From: Vulcanimicrobiota bacterium
GTDB lineage: Bacteria; Vulcanimicrobiota; Vulcanimicrobiia; Vulcanimicrobiales; Vulcanimicrobiaceae
NCBI GenBank assembly: GCA_963786105.1
Contig: CAWAXX010000014.1
Span: 160,001 to 224,000, forward strand
Length of the DNA: 64,000 bases
Direction of reading: 5' to 3'
Shown one piece after another: positions 57,004 to 64,000 of the stretch. Both the position numbers and the translations under genes were made by a program. The notes beneath the pieces were generated by a model that was given only the letters and a program-made list of their open reading frames with translations, searched no databases and was not told the DNA's origin. Positions within the stretch are counted from its first letter, which is position 1. Every line of letters starts with the position of its first letter.

Positions 57004-57215
57004 TACCCTCCCGCTGCGCTATCCTACGTGCGCAGGCCTCTGGACGAGGAGCGAAGGCTGGATGCCGGGAGCGTCCTTCGACTGCGGCGCGGAGCCTGTG
57101 CTGAGCGAGCGAAGCGAGTCGAAGTGCGCCTCCGCTCAGGATGTCGGTGGCGGATTTTCGACGGATGCGAAAAAGCGAGCGTCCCGCAAACGTAGGATAG
57201 CGCAGCGGGAGGGTA
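57004..57215. repeat. Structured repeat copy D with REP-like insertion in its middle
   Basis: Perfect 26-bp inverted repeat (57004-57029 / 57190-57215) around core halves interrupted by REP-like sequence. Confidence 0.8.
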
Positions 57216-57237
57216 ACACGCCGAACGCGGACTTTTG

Positions 57238-58161
57238 TCAGATCTTGTAGCTGTGCAGACCCGAGATGAAGATATTCACTCCCAGGTAGCAAAAAATGAT
57301 CGAGACGAAGCCGATCACGCTGACCCAATTCGTGCGCACGCCGCGCCAGGCATGACGGGTGTGCAGATGCATGTAGGCGAGGTAGATGATCCACGAAAAG
57401 AGCGCGGCGGTCTCTTTCGGATCCCATTGCCAATATGCGCCCCACGCTTCTTTGGCCCACATCGCGCCCGTGATGATGCCGATCGAAATCAGGGGCAAGC
57501 CGATGGCGACGGCGCGGTAGACGATCGTGTCGAGCGCGGGAAGCGTGGGCAGCGCCCCGAGCCACGTCGCAACCGGATTTCCCGCGGCGGCGGCCGCAGC
57601 CATCGCCGGGGTGTCGCGCCGCAACGAACCGCCGCCCGCCATCGCGAACTCTGCGACCGGGGCGCGTTCGAAGGCGCGCTCGGCGTAGTACTTCAATAAA
57701 TAGATGCACGAGAAGACGAAGGCCACCAAAAAGGCCGCATACGACGACACCACCAGCGGAACGTGGATCTTGGCCCAATACGATTGCAGCGACGGGACGG
57801 CCGGCATCGTGCCTTCGTTCCAGGTCACGCCGTAGGCCAGAAAAATTGCGGCCAGCGCCAGCACGAAACCCCCGGCAAACCAAAGATCGTAACGAAACGC
57901 AAAGCCGATGTAGATCGCTACGGCCATTGCGGCAAACAGCGAAAGCGAACCGTACAAATTGAGCAGCGGCCACACGCCGGTCAGCTCGAAGCGCGCGATC
58001 AACTGCGCGAATTGCGCCGCGCACCCGAGGATGGCGAGCGGCATACCGAATAACCGGAGCCATTCGTGGCGCGAGAAGAAATAGCCGAGGAGCGCCAGCG
58101 CCGCAAGAACGTACGATCCGAGCGCCGTTACCATAAGAACTTCGTCGAGCGACATCTTCAT
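57238..58161 (-). CDS. ccsA: Cytochrome c biogenesis protein CcsA/ResC (system II)
   Basis: LQSYWAKIHV, WAKEAWGAYWQWDPKET (WWD motif), GLHSY. Confidence 0.95.
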   Translation of the reverse strand: MKMSLDEVLMVTALGSYVLAALALLGYFFSRHEWLRLFGMPLAILGCAAQFAQLIARFELTGVWPLLNLYGSLSLFAAMAVAIYIGFAFRYDLWFAGGFVLALAAIFLAYGVTWNEGTMPAVPSLQSYWAKIHVPLVVSSYAAFLVAFVFSCIYLLKYYAERAFERAPVAEFAMAGGGSLRRDTPAMAAAAAAGNPVATWLGALPTLPALDTIVYRAVAIGLPLISIGIITGAMWAKEAWGAYWQWDPKETAALFSWIIYLAYMHLHTRHAWRGVRTNWVSVIGFVSIIFCYLGVNIFISGLHSYKI

Positions 58162-59549
58162 GTTGCCAATCCCCAATCGGTTTCTCCGACAGCCGCATCG
58201 CCCGCCGTGCCCGCTTCCCTTCTTAAGGCTACCACCAGCCGATCAAAAACGTTCTCGAAAACGTCGTAGCCTTTTACGGTGGTAGCCGCAATGCCGACCC
58301 GGCAGCGGCGCGATCCGGTTTCGTCGACCCGTACGAACAGGCGCGCCGGCAAGAAGTAAAACGAAACGATCAATCCAGTCAGCAAGACGAACGCGCCGAT
58401 GCCGACCAACGCAACGCCGGGATCGTACCGGTACTGAAACCCGCTATAGAGCACGTAGCGATCCGGGGTCACCCGCCAACCGTCGCCGACGTCGATCCAC
58501 GAATGCAGCGGAACGAGCGCGTCTCCGAGCGAGTTTCCGCCTTGCATGACGGCCAAGACGATCCCCGGGTTGTTGACGCGCGGATCGGCTCCGGGCATTC
58601 CGGACTGGCGATCGACCGTCGGCACGAAGCGCTCGTACGCGACGCTTCGCGCGCTCCCGGGAATCTCGAACGAGTCGCCCTCGAACAGCGTCCGATCGGA
58701 AATCTGGGCGGTGTGCCGGCCGCGACGTTCGATCCGAAAGTGCATCCCGAAGCCGTAGCTGGCTTGGTAATAGAGCGTGCCATCGACGTTTATCGGATGG
58801 TTGACGCGGACGGTTGCGTGCCTCGGTATGCCGTCGTTTCCGGTGACCGTCACGTTGGAGACGTAGTCGATCGGCTGGTAGACCATGCCGCTCTTGGTCA
58901 GGATGGGTTGGATTTTGTAACGAAAGCCGTCGAGCCGAAGAACCGCGTGCGTCTGCGAGATTTGGACCGCTTGACCGGTAAGCACCGCCGTTTCCCCCGA
59001 GAATCCGCGCGCCCAGTATAGGGTCGCGCCGGCCGCTACGATCACGAAACCGAGGTGCGCGATCAGCACGCCGCGGCGCGCCCAGTTGTGACGGTCCGCA
59101 AACGTCCACTCGACCCCGCCGAAGATGCGTTCGCGCAACTGCCAGCCGCGCGCGGCTAGGAACTGCGTCACGGCGTTGCGCACGTCGCTCGCATCGCCGG
59201 CCGTCTCGAAAGCGGCGTGCAGCGGGATTTTGTCGATCTGCACGGGATGCAGCCTCGGCAGACGCGCCGGAATGACGCGCTTGAAGGTGCAAACCGCGAG
59301 CGAAAGCAGAATGAGGCCGACGATACCGACGTACCAGGGCGAGTGATAAACGTTGTCGAGATCGAGCCGCAGAATCGCGCGCGCGACCGGCGCAGCGTAG
59401 CTCGCGAAGTATTCTGAGGGATCTTTCCCTTGATCGACGAGGACGCCGATGAGCGTCAGGATTCCCCAAACGACGAACAGCGACACCGCAAACATGACGT
59501 TTCCAAAGGTGCGAATGAAATCGCCGTACAGACCGAACACGCGCGTCAT
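58158..59549 (-). CDS. Cytochrome c biogenesis protein ResB/Ccs1
   Basis: GVLVDQ, VYHSPWY, LAVC, IAHLG, VRVNHP, YQASYG, YDPG. Confidence 0.9.
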   Translation of the reverse strand: MTRVFGLYGDFIRTFGNVMFAVSLFVVWGILTLIGVLVDQGKDPSEYFASYAAPVARAILRLDLDNVYHSPWYVGIVGLILLSLAVCTFKRVIPARLPRLHPVQIDKIPLHAAFETAGDASDVRNAVTQFLAARGWQLRERIFGGVEWTFADRHNWARRGVLIAHLGFVIVAAGATLYWARGFSGETAVLTGQAVQISQTHAVLRLDGFRYKIQPILTKSGMVYQPIDYVSNVTVTGNDGIPRHATVRVNHPINVDGTLYYQASYGFGMHFRIERRGRHTAQISDRTLFEGDSFEIPGSARSVAYERFVPTVDRQSGMPGADPRVNNPGIVLAVMQGGNSLGDALVPLHSWIDVGDGWRVTPDRYVLYSGFQYRYDPGVALVGIGAFVLLTGLIVSFYFLPARLFVRVDETGSRRCRVGIAATTVKGYDVFENVFDRLVVALRREAGTAGDAAVGETDWGLAT

Positions 59550-60331
59550 AGCGAAGCCGCCGGCTCCTTGGCGGGGTGCCAGGTCCGTTCGAATAGCACG
59601 ATGACCCAAATCGAGAGTTCGTACAGCACGTACATCGGTACGGCTAGCAGCGCCATTGTCAGCGGGTTGCCGTCGGGAGCGGCAAATCCGCCCGCGATGA
59701 AAAACCCGAAGATCGCGTGGCGGCGGTAGCGCATCAATAGCGACGCGTTCACGATGCCGAGTCGCGCCATTCCGACGAGGACGATCGGCGTTTGGAAAAT
59801 TACGGCGAACAGCGCGAGCAGGATGATAACGAAGCTCAACGTCGCGGCAATGCCGAAAGTGGGGGTGGCTACGGCGTCGGTAATGTGCAGCAGGGCCGCG
59901 ACGACGCGCGGAATGACGATAAAGTGCGCGAAGGCGAGACCGGCAAACGCGAGCAGCATCGACGGCAAAACGAACGCGTACACCATGCGCCGCGTGCGCG
60001 GATGGATCGCCGGGACGACGAATAGCCACAGTTGTTGCAGCAGCACCGGCATGCCGAACACGATGCCGCCGACCAGCGATAGTTTGAACTCGGTGAAGAT
60101 GACGTCGGCCGGCCCGAACGCGTGGAGCGCAATGCCGTGGAAATACTCGTCCATCATCCACTTGATAACGAACTGCGACGGCCAGAACAGAAGGATCGCG
60201 ATCCCGCCGACGGTGGCGATGGAGATCAGAAGACGGCTACGGAGCTCCCGCAGGTGCTCCGTAAACGGCATCTCCTTTTGATCCCACGGCGCCTCGTCGT
60301 CGGGCCGGTCCGCGGGCTGCTGCACGAGCAA
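59546..60331 (-). CDS. tatC: Twin-arginine translocase TatC
   Basis: MPFTEHLRELRSRL, QLWLFVVPA, FQTP, YRRHA, PMYVLYELS. Confidence 0.95.
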   Translation of the reverse strand: MLVQQPADRPDDEAPWDQKEMPFTEHLRELRSRLLISIATVGGIAILLFWPSQFVIKWMMDEYFHGIALHAFGPADVIFTEFKLSLVGGIVFGMPVLLQQLWLFVVPAIHPRTRRMVYAFVLPSMLLAFAGLAFAHFIVIPRVVAALLHITDAVATPTFGIAATLSFVIILLALFAVIFQTPIVLVGMARLGIVNASLLMRYRRHAIFGFFIAGGFAAPDGNPLTMALLAVPMYVLYELSIWVIVLFERTWHPAKEPAASL

Positions 60332-60342
60332 ATCGGCGCCCT

Positions 60343-60645
60343 TTAAGAACTCAACGTACCCTTATCCGGGGTCGGCGGTGGTACCGCCTCACCCGTCATG
60401 GATCCGGCTTCGACGTTGTTCATGAGGTCGGCGTGTTGCTCGGCGTTACGTTGCCGCGCTTCCTCGCGCGCGCGTGCGGCGGCTTCGTCGGCCTCCATCT
60501 GTCCCATCACGAACTCTTTCTTCGCCTGGCCGGCGCTACGGGCGAGCTTCGGGAGCTTCTCGGCGCCGAATAATAGCGCGCCCACCACCAAGATGCCGAT
60601 GATGATCGGCGCATCGATGAACGCGAGAAGTGAGTGTATCGCCAT
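60343..60645 (-). CDS. tatA: Twin-arginine translocase TatA
   Basis: LLFGAEKLPKLARSAGQAKKEF. Confidence 0.92.
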   Translation of the reverse strand: MAIHSLLAFIDAPIIIGILVVGALLFGAEKLPKLARSAGQAKKEFVMGQMEADEAAARAREEARQRNAEQHADLMNNVEAGSMTGEAVPPPTPDKGTLSS

Positions 60646-60666
60646 GACCGTCTCCTTGTATTGCGC

Positions 60667-61614
60667 CTATTCCTCGAGCAGGGCGTCGGCGAGTCTTGCG
60701 AGCTCTTCTTTCGCCGGGCCGGGCGAAATGGGCTCTAACGCCGCTTTTGCCCGCTCCACGAAGCGCGCAATCTGCACGCGAGTTGCCGCCAGGCCGCCTT
60801 GGCGCTCGATGCCCGTGACGATTGCCGGGATTGCCTCGTTGGTGCTTCCACCGTAGAAACGCCGCACCTCGTCACGAAAGCTTCCGTTTCCCGACGCGAG
60901 CGCTTCGATCAAGGGTATGGTGACCTTGCGCTCGGTAAGGTCGTTTCCGACCGGTTTACCGAGCGAACGTTCGTCGGCAACGATATCCAGCAGATCGTCT
61001 TTCATCTGAAATGCGATGCCGAAAGCGTCGCCGAACGCGCGAAGGCCGTCGACCTCGGGCCGGTCCGCACCGCCCATGATGGCTCCGCACTCGGCTGATG
61101 CCGCGAAGAGCGAGGCGGTCTTCCTTCGGGCGATCTCGACGTAGTCTCCCAGCGTGAGGTCGAGGTCGCCGCGAGCCTGTAGCTGCAAGACCTCGCCGTC
61201 GCAGATGTCGGCCAGCGTGGCCGAAAGAACGTGCGGAACCGGGTGCGGATAGTTGGCGGTGACGTTCTTGAAAATCCAAGCGAAGAGGTAGTCGCCGGCC
61301 AGTACGCTGACACGGTTGCCATAATCGACTGCCGTCGCATTCACGCCGCGACGCGTGCTCGCATTATCGACCACGTCGTCGTGGATGAGCGTTGCGACGT
61401 GGATGAGCTCCATGTATGCGGCCAGATGCAAGTGATCGAGCGCCTTGCCTCCGCCGGCGTCGACCGACAGCAGCGTCACCCGCGGGCGCAAGCGCTTCCC
61501 GCCGGCCGCCAGCATACGCTGCACCGCTTCGGTAATGACGGCGTTGTCGGTCGAAAACGTTGATGCGAAGAACGACTCGACGATCGCGTGCAAGTCCGTG
61601 ACTGCGTCGCTCAC
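60667..61614 (-). CDS. Polyprenyl diphosphate synthase
   Basis: GGKRLRP, LIHDDVVD..RRG, KTASLF, FQMKDDLLD. Confidence 0.95.
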   Translation of the reverse strand: MSDAVTDLHAIVESFFASTFSTDNAVITEAVQRMLAAGGKRLRPRVTLLSVDAGGGKALDHLHLAAYMELIHVATLIHDDVVDNASTRRGVNATAVDYGNRVSVLAGDYLFAWIFKNVTANYPHPVPHVLSATLADICDGEVLQLQARGDLDLTLGDYVEIARRKTASLFAASAECGAIMGGADRPEVDGLRAFGDAFGIAFQMKDDLLDIVADERSLGKPVGNDLTERKVTIPLIEALASGNGSFRDEVRRFYGGSTNEAIPAIVTGIERQGGLAATRVQIARFVERAKAALEPISPGPAKEELARLADALLEE

Positions 61615-62345
61615 GAATTTCCCTTAGCTCCGTAGTGCACCGCAATCGCTCCACCCACGAGCGGCAGATATCCGGGTTCGACGAAGCCGGCGCGAACGAA
61701 ACGGTCGCACAGTTCTCGCGCGTTGGGATGGTGCGTCAGCGAACTGGGGAGGTAGGCGTACGCCTGTCGCGATCCGCCGACAACCCCGCCAACCAGCGGA
61801 ACGATGTGGTAAAAATACAAATCGAACACGCGCTTCCAAAGCTTGTTGGGGGCTTTGCTGACGTCGAGGTTAACGAAGCGCGCACCCGGTTTGAGCACGC
61901 GCAGGATTTCACGCAACACGTGCTCGACGTCGACCACGTTGCGCAGGCTAAAGCCCATCGTTGCTCCGTCGAAAGAGCCGTCCTCGAACGGAAGCGCCAT
62001 CGCGTCGCCTTCGACGAAGGTAGGGGTGCCGTGCGTTTGCGTGCGGGCCCTCGCCTTCGCGCGCTCGAGCATCGGCGCGCAAAAATCGACGCCGGTGACC
62101 GCCAGCGTCGGGTCGACGCGCAGGAGATGGAAAACCAGATCGCCGGTGCCGCAGCAGAGATCGAGAACGCGTCCCCCGCGCGGCGGTGCCAGCACGGCGA
62201 TCGCTCGGCGACGCCAGCGTTCGTCCATACCGGCGGTCAAGACGCGATTGGCGGTGTCGTAGCGAGGAGCGATCCGCGCGAACATGTCGCGCACGAACGC
62301 GCCTTTGTCGCCGTTCGGCCGATCGCCGATCGGAGTCGAAGTCAT
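61611..62345 (-). CDS. menG: Demethylmenaquinone methyltransferase (UbiE/MenG)
   Basis: MFARIAPRYD, LDLCCGTGD, GDAMALPF, LRNV, AYAYLPSS. Confidence 0.93.
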   Translation of the reverse strand: MTSTPIGDRPNGDKGAFVRDMFARIAPRYDTANRVLTAGMDERWRRRAIAVLAPPRGGRVLDLCCGTGDLVFHLLRVDPTLAVTGVDFCAPMLERAKARARTQTHGTPTFVEGDAMALPFEDGSFDGATMGFSLRNVVDVEHVLREILRVLKPGARFVNLDVSKAPNKLWKRVFDLYFYHIVPLVGGVVGGSRQAYAYLPSSLTHHPNARELCDRFVRAGFVEPGYLPLVGGAIAVHYGAKGNS

Positions 62346-62435
62346 CGGTGTCGCTGCTTTCCAGCGCACCGGCGCCTCTCCTGGCGTTCCGAAGGACTCC
62401 TAGCGCCAGTGACGTTTGTCGGGATTGCGGGCTCG

Positions 62436-63467
62436 ATGATTGCGTTGAGCTCCATCGGCGACGTTCGTGCGGCGATTTCGAACGCTCGAGACGTCGACGT
62501 GCTCGCGTACACGCTTGCGCGAGGCCCGGTGCTTGAAGCGTTGGAAGCGGCGGCGAGCCGCGGCGCGCACGTAGAAGTTCGCCTCGAAGGCACGCCGTAC
62601 GGGGATTCCGACGGTGCGCTGGCACGACACAACCGCCAAATCGTCGAGGAACTCGCGCGATTCGGCATCGACGCGCGGCTGGGGCACGTGCATCCCGGCG
62701 GTGACTCCGAGGCGCCGGTGCATGCAAAGGCGCTCGTCGCCGACGACCGCGTCTTCCTCGACGACCGAAATTGGTGCGGCGACGACTTCGTAGTGGCGGA
62801 TCGAGACGCCGATGTCGTGCGAGCGATCGTCGACTCCGTCGAAGGAAAGACACCGCACGCCGCACCGAACGCGGCGTTCGCTCTGGAAAAGCGCGGCGCG
62901 CTCGCGCGCGAAGCGGAACTCCTTCGAGCGTCACGTACCGGCGACGACGTCGTCGTCGAGAGCGAGTCATTTGGGAACGGCAATCCAGTGTACGCGGTGC
63001 TCGACGATTTGGGAAAGCGCGGACTCGCACCACGTCTGCTCGTTTCGGCGCGCGAAGCGACGAACGAGCGTGAAGCGAAGGCGCTCGCCAGGCTGGCGAG
63101 CGATGGAGTGATCGTGCGAGTCACGCGCGGCACGGAGAAGTTCGCACTGGTCGACGACCGCGCGTGGATCGGCTCGGCTAACGCTTCAGCCGATTTCGGT
63201 CATCCCGATATGATCGACTGGGGCTTGTGCACCGACGATCGCGACGTCGTGTCGGCTGCCCGCGAGCGCGTCGAAGCTCGCTGGGCGGCGGCAAAGCGAT
63301 TGGCGACGCGTCACGGCCTTTCGGCGAGGGGGCCTCAGTGGCGAACGTCTTCGGATCGGACGTTGGCGGCTCTTAGTCCAAACAATGAGTCCGCGTTACG
63401 ATCGGTCGCGGTCGCAACCTCGGCGACGCTCGTTTCCAGCACCTCAGCGACTTTGGCGGTGACGTGA
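62436..63467 (+). CDS. Phospholipase D-like protein (second HKD motif degenerate)
   Basis: VHAKALVAD...DDRNW; second repeat TEKFALVD...IGSAN. Confidence 0.7.
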   Translation: MIALSSIGDVRAAISNARDVDVLAYTLARGPVLEALEAAASRGAHVEVRLEGTPYGDSDGALARHNRQIVEELARFGIDARLGHVHPGGDSEAPVHAKALVADDRVFLDDRNWCGDDFVVADRDADVVRAIVDSVEGKTPHAAPNAAFALEKRGALAREAELLRASRTGDDVVVESESFGNGNPVYAVLDDLGKRGLAPRLLVSAREATNEREAKALARLASDGVIVRVTRGTEKFALVDDRAWIGSANASADFGHPDMIDWGLCTDDRDVVSAARERVEARWAAAKRLATRHGLSARGPQWRTSSDRTLAALSPNNESALRSVAVATSATLVSSTSATLAVT

Positions 63468-64000
63468 GTGAGAAAAGCAGGCTCGTTGCGTTTGCCTCTC
63501 ACCGGGACGGGCGCGAGATAGGGGGAGTCGGTCTCGAGGACGATCGCGCCGACGCCGATCGCGCGCACCGCTTCGCGCAGCGCGCCGGCGTTGGCGAACG
63601 TCACGACCCCGCCGATTCCGAGCGACAGGCCGAACTCGCCCGTCAGCACGCGCGCCTGCTCGGCATTTCCGGTAAAGCAATGCACGACGCCGCGCATTCC
63701 CGCCACGAACTCTTCGCGCAGTATCGCGTAAAAGTCGTCGAAAGCGTCTCGCTGGTGAAAGATGACCGGCAAGGCTCGTTCTCGCGCGAGCCGTAGCTGC
63801 GAACGCAACACCTTGCGCTGCGCGTCGTGCGGGCTGTGGTCGTAATAGTAATCGAGGCCGGTCTCGCCGATTGCGACCGCCGGCGACTTCTCGAGGAGGG
63901 GCGCGAAAGCCGCGGCGAGGTCTTCGGGTGCATCCTTGGCCTCGTGCGGGTGGATGCCGACCGAGGCAAGCGTTCCGAACTGCTTGGCGGCCGCGATCGC
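63335..64000 (-). CDS. tatD: TatD family hydrolase, 5' end outside window
   Basis: VGIHPHEA, AIGETGLDYYY, IFHQRDA, VVHCFTG, LETDSPYLAP, RGKRNEP. Confidence 0.95.
   Translation of the reverse strand, partial: AIAAAKQFGTLASVGIHPHEAKDAPEDLAAAFAPLLEKSPAVAIGETGLDYYYDHSPHDAQRKVLRSQLRLARERALPVIFHQRDAFDDFYAILREEFVAGMRGVVHCFTGNAEQARVLTGEFGLSLGIGGVVTFANAGALREAVRAIGVGAIVLETDSPYLAPVPVRGKRNEPAFLTHVTAKVAEVLETSVAEVATATDRNADSLFGLRAANVRSEDVRH

Overview
GC-rich bacterial chromosomal window, mostly housekeeping and bioenergetics. The gene content would fit a diderm, menaquinone-using lineage such as Ca. Eremiobacterota, but that is inference only. Main blocks: a YtrA/GntR-ABC operon with two unannotated small ORFs; futalosine-type menaquinone genes (UbiD/UbiA families); a co-oriented run of three cupredoxin lipoproteins, Sco, a Cyc2-like cytochrome-porin and a two-component system; pnp, split transketolase and rpsO, with an HTH plus nucleotidyltransferase pair inserted; PolX; a split selenocysteine formate dehydrogenase operon; a large tetrapyrrole operon (SirC-HemC-HemD' fusion, hemB, mobA, hemL, rex, hemA, cobA-hemD) with five clustered frameshifts; and Rieske/cytochrome b-c, ccs, tat, polyprenyl synthase, menG and tatD. 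The best candidates for something new are (1) the Cyc2-cupredoxin-Sco-two-component module and (2) a four-copy structured intergenic element with covarying closing stems and twin ACGGAY hairpin loops, associated with REP-like palindromes. No rRNA, tRNA, CRISPR array or transposase was recognised. All calls come from reading motifs by eye; no database searches were run.
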